Below, one piece after another: positions 50,053 to 60,887 of a stretch of 64,000 bases of DNA. The notes beneath the pieces are model-generated. The model made no database searches, was not told where the DNA came from, and was given only the letters and a program-made list of their open reading frames with translations. Position 1 is the first letter of the stretch. Each line of letters opens with the position of its first letter. The translations under genes and the position numbers were made by a program. The stretch covers positions 544,001-608,000 of the forward strand of contig CAVWFS010000019.1 of NCBI GenBank assembly GCA_963754315.1, written 5' to 3'. The stretch is from an uncultured Candidatus Rokubacteria bacterium. Lineage in GTDB: Bacteria > Methylomirabilota > Methylomirabilia > Rokubacteriales > CSP1-6.

Positions 50053-51072
50053 ATGAAGCGCGTCGAAATCCGACCAACCTTCGAAGACTGGCAGTCGGCC
50101 GCGCGGGCCCTGCTGCACGAGCGTGTGCCGCCGGACCAGATCGTGTGGCTCGAGCGTGGCACTCCCCAAGACTCCTTGCCGGGTCTTTCCCCCACAACTC
50201 CCGCCGGGGATCCAGGCCCCACCGTTCGGGTTCCACGGCTCTTCATGGACCTTGCACGCCGGGTCGCCGCCGGGGTCGACCCCGATCGGTGGTGCGTGCT
50301 CTACGAGGCGTTGTGGCGAATCGTCCACGAACGCCGCGATCTCCTCAATGACGAGACAGATCCGCTGATGGCGCGTCTGCGTGGGCTGGAGCGCCAGGCA
50401 AGCGGCGCCGTCCTCTCCTCCTCGGCGTATGCCGATGACGACAGCGGGACCGCGGCAGCCGGCGCGGCTGGCTTCATGCCGGCGGGGGCCACCTTGGTCG
50501 AACTGCGCCAGGCCGCGCTACGGTGCCAGGGATGCGACCTATACCGCCACGCGACTCAGACCGTCTTTGGCCGCGGGCCGGCGGATGCGCGCGTGGTTCT
50601 GGTGGGGGAGCAGCCGGGTGACCAGGAAGATCGTCAGGGCGCGCCCTTCGTCGGGCCGGCCGGGGAAGTCTTCGATCGAGCGCTGGCGGAGGCGGGACTG
50701 GTCCGCGAGCGGCTCTATGTCACCAACGTCGTCAAGCACTTCAAGTTCGTGGAGCGGGGAAAGCGACGGATCCACCAGACGCCGCGCGCGGCCGAGATCG
50801 GCGCGTGTCGGCCCTGGCTGGAGGCGGAGCTGGCCGTCGTCAAGCCCGAGGTCCTCGTGTGCCTGGGCGCCACCGCCGCCCGAGCCCTCCTCGGTGGTGA
50901 CTTCCGCATCATGAAGGAGCGCGGACGCTGGGTCGAATGCCGCTGGGCGCCGAGGACGATGGCGACCCTGCACCCCTCGGCCGTCCTGCGCGGCGAGGAC
51001 GACGCGGCGCAGGCGCGCCTCTACGGCATGCTCCTCGAGGATCTGCGGGCCGTCGCCAGCGCCATCGGTTGA
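50053..51072 (+). CDS. udgX: UdgX-family uracil-DNA binding protein with an N-terminal DUF4130-like segment
   Basis: CQGC, GEQPG, KHFKF..RGKRRIH, HPSAVLR. Confidence 0.88.
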   Translation: MKRVEIRPTFEDWQSAARALLHERVPPDQIVWLERGTPQDSLPGLSPTTPAGDPGPTVRVPRLFMDLARRVAAGVDPDRWCVLYEALWRIVHERRDLLNDETDPLMARLRGLERQASGAVLSSSAYADDDSGTAAAGAAGFMPAGATLVELRQAALRCQGCDLYRHATQTVFGRGPADARVVLVGEQPGDQEDRQGAPFVGPAGEVFDRALAEAGLVRERLYVTNVVKHFKFVERGKRRIHQTPRAAEIGACRPWLEAELAVVKPEVLVCLGATAARALLGGDFRIMKERGRWVECRWAPRTMATLHPSAVLRGEDDAAQARLYGMLLEDLRAVASAIG

Positions 51073-51123
51073 TGGAGGCGGAAGCGAGGCCAGGCTCGCC
51101 TGGCGCTGGCGTAGAATCGCGCG

Positions 51124-51549
51124 GTGGGGCTCGGACGGACGACCCGATTCGCTCCAACGCCTCGGGGGGCGCGGCGCATCAACGTGATGCGGGCGGGACG
51201 AGCAGGCCTCAAGGAACTCGCGCCTCCGCCCGACCTCTTCGCAGACTTTCAGCGCGAGAAGGCCGCGTTGAAAAGCGAAGACTTGGATGCTGCCCGCCTT
51301 CATGCCACGACGTTTGAGCGCGTCGATTACCGTGCGCGCTATCTGCGGTACATCCGCGCGAGCGCCGAGTCGATGGCCGCCTTGCGTCGGATCGTCGAGG
51401 AAGCAAGGTCGGCCGACGTCTACCTGATGTGCATGTGCCCCTACCAGACAGCGGGCGGGGCATGCCATACCTACCTTCTCCTCGAACTGGCGCGCGAGTT
51501 GGCTCCCACCCTCGAGATCCTTCCCGAGCCGAAGCCGCGGGGGCGGTGA
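51124..51549 (+). CDS. DUF488-like protein
   Basis: ELAPPPDLF..F, YRARY, LMC..CHTYLL. Confidence 0.55.
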   Translation: MGLGRTTRFAPTPRGARRINVMRAGRAGLKELAPPPDLFADFQREKAALKSEDLDAARLHATTFERVDYRARYLRYIRASAESMAALRRIVEEARSADVYLMCMCPYQTAGGACHTYLLLELARELAPTLEILPEPKPRGR

Positions 51550-51607
51550 ACGTCGGGGGCTCGCGCCCTCCCGCGACCTGAGGTAGGATACGGCCTTGGT
51601 ATCACGG

Positions 51608-51871
51608 ATGAAGAATGGCATGAACGCGACCCAGAAGAACGGCGGGGCCCGAATCATACCCCTTGAGCCGGAGCGCTCCCTAAAGGCAGCGGCGAAGCAG
51701 TTCGTGGGCGAGCGTCCCGACCGCTGCCCCAAATGCGGAAGCACCTTCATGTGCCACGAACCCGCCTTCGTCCACTGCCGCTACTGCGGCAAGATGGCCC
51801 GCGTGGCCAACGCGTCGCTGCTCGAGCAAGAGCTGTTCGAGATCCGCTCCGGCCTTCGCCTGGCCTGCTGA
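51608..51871 (+). CDS. Small Zn-ribbon protein
   Basis: CPKC...CRYC. Confidence 0.55.
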   Translation: MKNGMNATQKNGGARIIPLEPERSLKAAAKQFVGERPDRCPKCGSTFMCHEPAFVHCRYCGKMARVANASLLEQELFEIRSGLRLAC

Positions 51872-51937
51872 TCGCCACCTCGCCGCCCGCGAGCACCGGC
51901 GTGCTCTCAAGGGCGGCCACTCGCCCGACGATGCAGG

Positions 51938-53527
51938 TCAGATGACCCGATAGAGATCAACCGCCGTCGACTTCCCTTTCATCGTCATCGCGGCGACCGC
52001 GGCCAGGGCGGGCGGCGCCAGAAGCTGCTGGGTCGTATCGGTACTCACGAGGATATCCGTGCCAGCGTCCTTGGTTAGGCCCTGGATGCGGGAGGCCACG
52101 TTCACCGGATCGCCCACGAGCGCGTAGGAGAGTCGATCGGGGCTGCCGATGTTCGCCGCTAGGACGCGGCCGGTGTGTATACCGATCCCGTGACGGAAGG
52201 GGGGCCGCCCTGCCGCCGCCCGTTCGGCGTTCCAGACCCCCAAGCGTCGACGCATCTCGAGGGCGGCGCGCACCGCCAGATCCGGATGCCGCGCGTGGGG
52301 GACGGGAGCGCCGAACACGGCTTCGATCTCGTCGCCGATGAACTGAAGCACGAGGCCATGGTGGTCGCGGATGGCGCCTTCCATGAGCCCGAAGTAGGTG
52401 TTGAGATCGCGGACGACCTCGCGCGGATCGTGCGACTCGACCCAGGGTGTGAAGTCGCGCAGATCTGAGAAGAGGATGGTCACCTCGCGCGACTGGCCCT
52501 CCAGGGTCACGCGCCCGGCCAGGATCTCGTCACGAATCTCCGGTGTCACGTACTTTCCGAAGGTGTGGCGAATGCGGTCGCGCTCGCGCAGCCCCTCGAC
52601 CATGCGATTAAAGCCCTCCGTCACACTACCGATCTCGTCATGGCTCACCACCGGACACCGGACCTCGAGGTTACCCTCCCCCACCTCACCCATGGCCGAC
52701 TCGAGGTCTCGGAGAGGACCGGCCACGCTGCGCGAGACGAACACGGCCAGCCCTATGGCCACAATCCCGCCCACGATCAGCATGAAGACGATGAAGATCA
52801 ACAGGCGCGCCAGGAGAATATCGGCGAGGGCGGGGTCGGTCCCCACCAGGCCGCCCGCCCGCGTGTAGGCCATCACCCCGAGCAGCGATAGTGGCAACAC
52901 GCTCACCAGCAGGAAGATCACCATGAGTCGAGCGCGCACGTTGACGCGCACGACATCACGTGTTGCGCTGAGATCCCCCCGAGGGAAGTAGAGAGGGAGC
53001 CGGCGCCGCCACACGTGCTCGACGGAAAAGAAGACAAAGGCGGTGGTCACCGAACCACCGACCACGGTGATCCCGAAGATCTGGCGGATGGCGTTCCCGA
53101 TGGAAAAGGTCCCCAGCACCCAGGGCCGGACGACGCCAAAGGCCACCCCGGCCAGAGTCCAGCCCGCCAGGCTGACGGCCGCCATCGCGTAGGGCAGGAT
53201 GAGGGCGCGCCGGCGCACGATCGCCTCCGTGACCTCACCCTGCGCGCTCCCGGCTATCCAGTCTCGTAAGGGTCGGCGCCATCGCCGGCTGACCACGAGA
53301 CCAATCCCCACCGCGAGCCCGAACACGCTGATGAAGTAGACGAGCAAGTCTCGCGGCAGGCGCCGATCGACGGGAGGTGCGCTCGCGTCGATGAACTGGA
53401 AATAGAAGAAGTCCAGTAGGGCACCCAGCAGGTTGCCAATCAGCAGCAGGCGGCCGAGTTGTCTCTCCGTGCTCGCCACGACGGCACGCGACCCGTCCGG
53501 ACACGGCTTCACGGGCGGAGTGTCCAC
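51938..53527 (-). CDS. Membrane HAMP-domain adenylate/guanylate cyclase
   Basis: FSDLRDFT, FIGDEIEA, GIGIHTG, GDPVNVASRI. Confidence 0.9.
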   Translation of the reverse strand: MDTPPVKPCPDGSRAVVASTERQLGRLLLIGNLLGALLDFFYFQFIDASAPPVDRRLPRDLLVYFISVFGLAVGIGLVVSRRWRRPLRDWIAGSAQGEVTEAIVRRRALILPYAMAAVSLAGWTLAGVAFGVVRPWVLGTFSIGNAIRQIFGITVVGGSVTTAFVFFSVEHVWRRRLPLYFPRGDLSATRDVVRVNVRARLMVIFLLVSVLPLSLLGVMAYTRAGGLVGTDPALADILLARLLIFIVFMLIVGGIVAIGLAVFVSRSVAGPLRDLESAMGEVGEGNLEVRCPVVSHDEIGSVTEGFNRMVEGLRERDRIRHTFGKYVTPEIRDEILAGRVTLEGQSREVTILFSDLRDFTPWVESHDPREVVRDLNTYFGLMEGAIRDHHGLVLQFIGDEIEAVFGAPVPHARHPDLAVRAALEMRRRLGVWNAERAAAGRPPFRHGIGIHTGRVLAANIGSPDRLSYALVGDPVNVASRIQGLTKDAGTDILVSTDTTQQLLAPPALAAVAAMTMKGKSTAVDLYRVI

Positions 53528-53560
53528 CTTGGGTCTGGCTACCCGGGCCCCCCGCCGACC

Positions 53561-55612
53561 CTAGGTGGCCTTCCCCAGTTGCTCCAGGATGAACGTGTAG
53601 TCGAAGGCCGATTCCCGGAGGGCGTCGTACCGGCCCGAGGCACCGCCGTGGCCGGCGTCCATGTTGATGCGGAAGAGAAGAAGGCTGTCCTCCCGCTTGG
53701 TGACACGAAGCTTGGCGACATACTTGGCTGGCTCCCAGTACATCACCTGACTGTCGTTCAGAGACGTTCGCACCATCATCGCCGGATAGTGGTGGGGAGC
53801 GACGTTGGTATAGGGGCAGTAGCTCTTCATGTACGCGTAGTGCTCGGGGATCTTGGGGTTGCCCCACTCCTCGAATTCGCCCACGGTCAACGGGAGCGAC
53901 TCGTCGAGCATCGTGTTGATGACGTCGACGAACGGCACCCGGAGGACGGCGGCTCCGAACAGCTCGGGCCGCATGTTGAGCACGGCGCCGATGAGTAGCC
54001 CTCCCGCGCTGCCCCCCTCGATGACGAGCCGATCGGCCGAGGTGTAGGCGCTCGCCGTCAGGAACTCGGCCGCGGCGATGAAATCCGTGAACGTATTGCG
54101 CTTGGCCATCATGCGCCCCTCGTCGTGCCAGCGCTTGCCGAGCTCGCCGCCACCGCGGATGTGGGCGATAGCCACGCTGACACCGCGGTCCAGCAGGCTC
54201 AGCCGGATCGACGAGAACATGACGGGGAACGGGATGCCGTATGCTCCGTAGCCGATCAGATCCAACGGGCATGAGCCGTCGCGCGGGCTATCTGCGCGGT
54301 ACACGATCGAGATGGGGATGCGCGTCCCGTCGGGGGCGGTGGCGTGCAACCGTTCGGAGCGATAACGCGCGGGATCGTAGCCGCCTCGCACCTCGGTCTG
54401 CTTGAGCAGGATCAGGCGCCGGGTGATCTTGTCGTAGTCGTACACCGACGAGGGCGTGACCAGAGACTCGTAGCGGAGACGATAGGTGGACGCTTCGAAC
54501 TCGGCATTGGCGTCCGAGGTCACGTCATACGTCGGCTCCGGGAACTCTATGTGATGGGACGCGCCATCCCTGAGGCTGGTCACCCGTAGGCGCACCAGGC
54601 CGTCCACGCGTTCGTGAACGACGTAGTCGTCGGCGAAGACGTCGACGTCTTCGAGCATCACCGCCTCGCGATGCGGGATCAGCTCTTCCCAGTGGGCGGG
54701 GCCGGGGTTGGCCGTCGGCGCGCGCACCAGGCGGAAGTTGCGCCGGCCGCCCCCGTTGGTCCGGATGTAGAAGAAGGCGCCGCCATGGTCCACGTCATAC
54801 TCGTGGTCCTTCTCGCGCGGTGCCACCAGACGCCAGGCGCCGGTCGGATCGTGGGCAGGAAGGTAACGCGCCTCGCCCGAGGTGAAGCTCCGCGAGGCGG
54901 CGAAGACAAAGGCCAGGCTGCGCGAGCGCCACACGCCCAGACGGAACAGCTCGTCCGTCTCCTCGTACAGGAAGGTGTCGGTCTCGACGGCGGCACCAAG
55001 CCGATGACGATAGAGACGATAGGGTCGCTTGGCTTGATCCTCGGTGACATAGAAGAGGACAGAGGGATCGGCCGCCCAGGCCGCGCTCGAAACCTTCTCC
55101 AAGCGGTCCGCGTGCAGGCGGCCCGTGGCGAGATCCTTCACGAACAGTGTGTAATCGCGGAACCCCGTGTAGTCGAGGGAATAGGCGAGCAGACGGCCGT
55201 CGTCGCTGACCGTATAGACGCCCAGCGAGAGAAACGAATGGCCCTCGGCCAACACGTTGAGATCAAGCGTGATCTCTTCGGGAGCGTCCGCGCTCCCCGC
55301 CTTGCGACAGTAGATTGGGTACTGCTTGCCCTGCTCCGTGCGCGAGTAATAGAAGTGGTGACCGCGGCGGAAGGGAACCGACTGATCGTCCTCCTTGATG
55401 CGCGCCAGCATCTCCGCGTAGAGGGCCTCCTGGAAGGCAGCGGTGGGCTTCATCACAGCGTCGGTGTACGCGTTCTCGGACTCGAGGTACGCGATGACCT
55501 CCGGATCGTCCTTGCCGCGCAGCCAGGCGTAGTCGTCCTGGCGGCGGTCTCCGTGCACCGAGACCACGGTGGGGACCTTGGGGGCGATGGGAGGTGCCGG
55601 AATCGGCTCCAT
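53561..55612 (-). CDS. ptrB: Oligopeptidase B (S9A)
   Basis: DDYAWLR, GGSAGG, DSQVMYWEPAK, AGHGG. Confidence 0.93.
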   Translation of the reverse strand: MEPIPAPPIAPKVPTVVSVHGDRRQDDYAWLRGKDDPEVIAYLESENAYTDAVMKPTAAFQEALYAEMLARIKEDDQSVPFRRGHHFYYSRTEQGKQYPIYCRKAGSADAPEEITLDLNVLAEGHSFLSLGVYTVSDDGRLLAYSLDYTGFRDYTLFVKDLATGRLHADRLEKVSSAAWAADPSVLFYVTEDQAKRPYRLYRHRLGAAVETDTFLYEETDELFRLGVWRSRSLAFVFAASRSFTSGEARYLPAHDPTGAWRLVAPREKDHEYDVDHGGAFFYIRTNGGGRRNFRLVRAPTANPGPAHWEELIPHREAVMLEDVDVFADDYVVHERVDGLVRLRVTSLRDGASHHIEFPEPTYDVTSDANAEFEASTYRLRYESLVTPSSVYDYDKITRRLILLKQTEVRGGYDPARYRSERLHATAPDGTRIPISIVYRADSPRDGSCPLDLIGYGAYGIPFPVMFSSIRLSLLDRGVSVAIAHIRGGGELGKRWHDEGRMMAKRNTFTDFIAAAEFLTASAYTSADRLVIEGGSAGGLLIGAVLNMRPELFGAAVLRVPFVDVINTMLDESLPLTVGEFEEWGNPKIPEHYAYMKSYCPYTNVAPHHYPAMMVRTSLNDSQVMYWEPAKYVAKLRVTKREDSLLLFRINMDAGHGGASGRYDALRESAFDYTFILEQLGKAT

Positions 55613-55643
55613 GCTGACGGCCTACCAGTGTATACCTTTTGCG

Positions 55644-56540
55644 CTACTGCGGCCGTTCAGGCCGTTGGCCCTCCCACCAGGCGATCCCGAGCCCGCTCAC
55701 GATGATGATGCCCGCGCCCAGCCACGTCCATCCGCTCGGAACGTGGTCGAAGACCAGATATCCCATCACGGCCGCCCAGATGAGCTGCACGTAGTGGATC
55801 GGGGCAAGGATGGAGACCGGTCCCCACAGGAATCCGCGCGCCACGAAATAGTGCCCGAGGCCGCCAAAGAGCCCCAGGCTCGAGAAGAGGAGTCCGTGGA
55901 AGATACTCGTGGGAGTCCGCCAGAAAAACGGAACGAGCAAGCACAGCACCACGGTCCCGATGAGAGCGCTGTAGGTCACGCTCGTCTCGGGCGGATCGAC
56001 ACCGGCGACGCGGCGGGTGAGCAGCTGATACACCGCGTAGCAGGCCGCGCTGCCGAGCACAAGCAGGGCATAGACGTTGGCCCCCCCTCCGGTGGGGCGG
56101 ATGACGATCAGGGCGCCCCCGAAGCCCGCGGCGATCGCCAGCCAGTGTCCCCGGCTGACCCGCTCCCCCAGCATCGGCCCGGCCAGGATTGCCACGATGA
56201 AGGGAGCCGTGAAGGAGACGGCCGTGGCGTCGGCGAGGGGCACACGTCCGATGGCCGAGAAGAAGAACGTCGACGACGTGAGGAGCATCAACGATCGCGT
56301 GAGCTGGATGACGGGTTTCTGGGTGACGACCAGGCGCCAGCCGAAGGTCGGTGCAAAAATCGCGATGATGAACAGCGAATGCCCCAGGCTGCGTGACCAG
56401 AGGAGCTGGACGGTCGACAGCGAAGGGCTCAGAAGCTTGACCGCGGTGTTCAGACACACGAAGAGCAGGGTGGCGCCCACGATGAACAGGACCCCACGCG
56501 CGATGTGGGTCTCACGGGACGGGCTCGACTCAGCGGCCAC
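55644..56540 (-). CDS. DMT/EamA transporter
   Basis: About 10 TMs; LGERV, IRP motifs. Confidence 0.88.
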   Translation of the reverse strand: MAAESSPSRETHIARGVLFIVGATLLFVCLNTAVKLLSPSLSTVQLLWSRSLGHSLFIIAIFAPTFGWRLVVTQKPVIQLTRSLMLLTSSTFFFSAIGRVPLADATAVSFTAPFIVAILAGPMLGERVSRGHWLAIAAGFGGALIVIRPTGGGANVYALLVLGSAACYAVYQLLTRRVAGVDPPETSVTYSALIGTVVLCLLVPFFWRTPTSIFHGLLFSSLGLFGGLGHYFVARGFLWGPVSILAPIHYVQLIWAAVMGYLVFDHVPSGWTWLGAGIIIVSGLGIAWWEGQRPERPQ

Positions 56541-56634
56541 GCGAGAGGCCGCCGGATCGGCGCGCGAGGGCGCCTACCACTCGTTGTCGTGCAGGAGCTC
56601 GGGCCGGGGCTCGTCCTGCTCGGCCGTCGCCACC

Positions 56635-57351
56635 TCAGCAGCCGAGCTGACGGGCGAGGTCGTTGAAGTCGGTCGCCACCACGTCGAACGCGTGCTCGGG
56701 TTTGGTGTCCTTCGACTGGTGGGGCCCGTGCTCGGTAGGACGCGGCACGAAGGCGGTACGAAGCCCGCAGCCGGCCGCGTGCACCAGATCGCCGTTATGC
56801 GCTGCCACCATCAGGCACTGCGCGGGCAGAAGGCCTAGAAACTCCGCGGTGCGGAGATACGCCTCCGGCTGCGGCTTGTAGTGGCCCGCGACTTCGGCCC
56901 CCAGCACCGCATCCCACGGCAGACCCGCACGCTTGGCCATGTTCACGATGAGTGCCACGTTGCCGTTGGAGAGCGTGGCGAGAATGAAGCGCCGCTTGAG
57001 GCGAATCAGGCCTTCCACGGTGTCCGGCCACGGATCGAGTCGATGCCACGCCCGGTTCAGGTGGTCTACCTCCTCTTCGCTGAGTCCGGAGATGTGGAAG
57101 TCCTGGAGGAGACGGTCCAGGCTCAGGCGATGAAGGTCATCCAGCTTGGTCCATGGCATGGCCCCGCTTCGCACGCGCTCCATGGCTGGCTGATAGAGGC
57201 CCCGCCAGGTGTCGGCGAACTTCGCCCAGTCGACGTGGCCGAGGTTCTTGGCGCGTCCCAGGGCCTCGCCCTCGCGGATGATACTGCTGCGCCAGTCCAC
57301 CACCGTGCCGAACACATCGAACGTGAGTGCCTTGATGGACGCCGGATCCAT
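56635..57351 (-). CDS. Haloacid dehalogenase type II
   Basis: FDVFGTVVDWR, LSNGN, YKP, AAHNGDL. Confidence 0.9.
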   Translation of the reverse strand: MDPASIKALTFDVFGTVVDWRSSIIREGEALGRAKNLGHVDWAKFADTWRGLYQPAMERVRSGAMPWTKLDDLHRLSLDRLLQDFHISGLSEEEVDHLNRAWHRLDPWPDTVEGLIRLKRRFILATLSNGNVALIVNMAKRAGLPWDAVLGAEVAGHYKPQPEAYLRTAEFLGLLPAQCLMVAAHNGDLVHAAGCGLRTAFVPRPTEHGPHQSKDTKPEHAFDVVATDFNDLARQLGC

Positions 57352-57410
57352 ATCTCACCTCCTGAATAGATGCGGAGCGGAGCGCCGTGACGGGATCGCG
57401 TGATACCGCG

Positions 57411-58208
57411 TCAGTTGCCCATGACGAGTCCGCCATCGACGTTGAGCGCCTGGCCCGTCATGTAATCCGAGTCGGGACCGGCCAGGAAGGCCACCACGCC
57501 GGCCACATCTTCTGCCCGCTCGGCCCGTCCGAGCGGGATGCCTTTGATCCGGCGCTTCCAAGCGTCGCCGACGCCAAGACCTTCCAGAGCGCCCCATTCA
57601 TGGTCGATCTGCTCCCACATCGCAGTCTCCACCGCTCCCGGGCACACACAGTTGGACGTGATGCGATCGCGGGCCAGCGCCTGCGCGGCGGAACGTGTGA
57701 GGCTGACCACCCCGGCCTTGGACGCGGAGTAGGGTGTCATCAGATGGTTGCCGCCCCGGTACGACGCGATGGAGGCCGTCTGGATTAGCTTGCCGCGCAG
57801 TTCGGAGCCCAAGATCAGATCCTGACGTAGCATGCGGTTCGCCACCGCCTGCAGCACGAAGAATACGGCCCTGAGATTGACGGCCATGACCCGATCCCAC
57901 TCCGTCTCCGTCACCTCGAGCATCGGCTGTACGCGCACGACCCCCGCATTGTTGAAGAGGACATCGAGGCGGCCCCAATGTCGGTAGGGTTCGTCCACCA
58001 TCCGCGCGACGTCCTCGGACCGGGTGACATCTGCTTGCACCGCCCGCTGCCCGAGCTCGGCCGCGATCTTTTTCACGCCGGGACCATCGACGTCGGCCAA
58101 CACGAGCCGCGCTCCGTCGCCGGCCAGTCGGCGTGCGCACGCCGCTCCGATTCCCCCCGCTGCGCCCGTGACCAAGATCACGCGTCCGTCCAGTCCTCCG
58201 CCTGCCAT
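57411..58208 (-). CDS. SDR oxidoreductase
   Basis: TGAAGGIG, NNAG, YSASK. Confidence 0.9.
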   Translation of the reverse strand: MAGGGLDGRVILVTGAAGGIGAACARRLAGDGARLVLADVDGPGVKKIAAELGQRAVQADVTRSEDVARMVDEPYRHWGRLDVLFNNAGVVRVQPMLEVTETEWDRVMAVNLRAVFFVLQAVANRMLRQDLILGSELRGKLIQTASIASYRGGNHLMTPYSASKAGVVSLTRSAAQALARDRITSNCVCPGAVETAMWEQIDHEWGALEGLGVGDAWKRRIKGIPLGRAERAEDVAGVVAFLAGPDSDYMTGQALNVDGGLVMGN

Positions 58209-58307
58209 GGCATCCTCCTCGTGGCCCGCCCGCAGCGGCGGCCCGTCATCGTCGGTCAACCCAAGAAGCTCAAGCGCGGAAGCCGGAGACTATGCGAGTG
58301 GCTGAGC

Positions 58308-59947
58308 TTAGTCTCGCGCCAACGGCGTGGTCAAGCCTCGCGCCGCTCCGCGCTCCGACCGGGCGAGCCGCAGCACCTCGACCGGCGCGTGGTGGCCTTT
58401 GACGTACTGAGGCGGCAGAGGTTCGAGGGGGGCGGCCTCGCGCAAAGCGCGGCAGGTGTCCCCCGTGACCAGGAGCGGCTCGCCGACGACCTTGGTCAGT
58501 GACTCCACGCGGGAGGCCACGTTCACGCTGTCGCCGATGGCGGTGAACTCCATGCGGCGAGGCGATCCGATGCTCCCCACCACCGCGCTGCCCGGTGTGG
58601 ATCCCGATGCCAATGGCCAGCGGTGGCTCACCCTCACTCACGAGCTTGTCGTTGATCTGCTCCAGCCGGCACAGCATTTCCCGGCCGGCGGCCACCGCTG
58701 CGTCGGCGTGATCGACGCGCCCCGTCCATTCCCCGAACAGGGCCATAAGACCGTCGCCCAGGAACTTGTTCACGCTCCCGCCGTGACCCTGCTCGATGAC
58801 TTCGACCATTTCCGTGAGAAAGACGTTGAGCAGAGACACCACCCTGGACCGGAGTCGACGCTTCCGCACGCGCCGTGAAGTTCCGGATGTCCACGAACAT
58901 GATGGTCAGCTCCTCCTCGACGCCACTCAGCCCGCGCTCGCTGGCCAGGATCTGACGGGCGATGCGAGGGCCGACGTGGAGGCCAAAGTTTTCCTCCACG
59001 CGCCGCTTTTCCCGGAGGTCGGCCACCATCGAATTGAAGCCATCGATGAGAAGCCCGAACTCATCGGCCCGCAGCTCGGGGATGCTCACGTCGAGGTTCC
59101 CAGCGGCCACGGCCTCCGTGGCCCGGCGTAGCTCGTTGACCGGCTCCGTGACCAAACGACCCAGGAGCCATGCCGAGGTCAACCCCAGCGCGATGCCGAG
59201 ACCACCCACGGCCAGCTCGAAGGCTGACGTGTCGCGGCCGGCTTCGCGTGCCACGAAGGTCAACAGGAGGAGGGAGACCACCGGACACACCCCGGCGGAG
59301 ACGATGAGCAGAATGCCCCGGGCCCGAAGCGAGAGCGCGAGAGTGCCCGGTGTCTTGGCGGGGCGGGTGTCCTGGAAGAACACCGGATAGAGCAGGCGTT
59401 GGCTCAGCAACTCCAGAGTGAAGAAGCCATGGGTGATGGCGATGAGCCCAGAGATCGCGAAGGACACGGGCAACTGCGCGTACAGGATCGGATTGAGTGG
59501 ATCGGGGCTGCGAGAAAGCGCCAGCAGAAAGACGGGCGCGCACAGACCCCACCCGATCAGGACCAGAGCCAGGCCCCACCATGGGAGGTTGATCACCAGG
59601 CGCTGCGCACGCTCGCGCCGGGCTCGATCGGGGATACTGCCTCGCATCTGCTCTCGGAATGGACCACGGAGGGAGAAGAGGAGCCAGGCCCAGATAGCGC
59701 CGAGGATCGGGTACACGGTGAGATTGAAGGCGGTGACGGTCTGCATGAAGATGGCGCGCTGCGAGGGCGTCAGGAGCGGATCGATGTTGGTGACGTTGTA
59801 CCAGATATTGATCGCGCTCCCGATCACCATCGGCAGCGCCGGGGCGATGCCGGTCAGCAGGAGCGGATGAATGCCGCCAGCTGTTCTCCGTCCCGCCTGG
59901 GGCTGGTCGACCACCCTCTCATCGTCGGCCAAGAGCCTACGGGCCAC
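58308..59947 (-). CDS. Membrane HAMP-domain adenylate/guanylate cyclase (frameshifts near 58850 and 58590)
   Basis: FVDIRNFT; KFLGDGLMALFG; GDSVNVASRVE spread over three frames. Confidence 0.82.
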
Positions 59948-60097
59948 AAGGCCCTTGCGCGCCGCTCTTGACAGCCCGCAGGGCCGCCGTTACAACGCTC
60001 GCGTGTGCATTCTGGCCCAAGGTGCAGCCTACGCCACCGCCAATCGCGGTATGGCCCATGCCCGTGCAGTGCCGCGGGCCGGCTGGCGGTTGACGCT

Positions 60098-60886
60098 ATG
60101 CCGCTGGTGGCGGCGGCGGCCCTGCCCCACACGCCGCAACTCTTGGTCCGCCCTGACACCGAGGATCGCAGTCTCGTGCTCCGCGTCCACGCAGCGTACG
60201 CCGAGGTCAAGGCGGCGCTGGCCGACACGAGCCCCGACGTGATCGCCGTGATCGGAGGCGACCACATCGAGGGGTTCTTCCTGAATTCCGTCCCCGCGCT
60301 GGCGGTCTTCGTGGGCGCCGAGGTGTCGGGCACCTTCGATCGCTATCGCTACACCTTCCCGGTTCACGAGCCGCTCGCGCGCGCGATCGTCGAGCAAGGA
60401 ATCGAGAGGGGATTCGACCTCGCCTACTCCCAGGATCTCGTGCTCGACTACGCCTTCTACATCCCGCTTCATTTCGCGATGCCGGACCCGCCCACGCCCA
60501 TCGTCCCGCTCTACGTGAATGTCTATCTGCCGCCGCAGCCGACACCAGGCCGTTGCTACGCCTGGGGCCAGGCGTTGCGGACCATCCTCGATGCGCGTCC
60601 TGAACGGGTGGCCCTCCTCGCCTCGGGAGGCCTCTCACACTACCCGGGAACCGACCGGTACGGATCACCCGACTACGAATGGGACCGACAACTCCTGGCG
60701 ACCTTGGCGAACGGTCGAGGAAGCGAGACGGTCTTCCTCACGGGTGACGAGCTGGACAAGGCGGGCAACGTGGAGCTGCGGACGTGGATCACGTTGCTGG
60801 GGGCCGTTGGTCAGGCGCGAGCTCGGGTGATCTGTTACGAGCCGTCCTGGCATCACGGCAACGCGGTGGTCACCTGGCCGGTGTGA
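60098..60886 (+). CDS. LigB-type (class III) extradiol ring-cleavage dioxygenase catalytic subunit
   Basis: PHTP, DH, SGGLSHYPG, GNVELRTW. Confidence 0.82.
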   Translation: MPLVAAAALPHTPQLLVRPDTEDRSLVLRVHAAYAEVKAALADTSPDVIAVIGGDHIEGFFLNSVPALAVFVGAEVSGTFDRYRYTFPVHEPLARAIVEQGIERGFDLAYSQDLVLDYAFYIPLHFAMPDPPTPIVPLYVNVYLPPQPTPGRCYAWGQALRTILDARPERVALLASGGLSHYPGTDRYGSPDYEWDRQLLATLANGRGSETVFLTGDELDKAGNVELRTWITLLGAVGQARARVICYEPSWHHGNAVVTWPV

Positions 60887-60887
60887 C

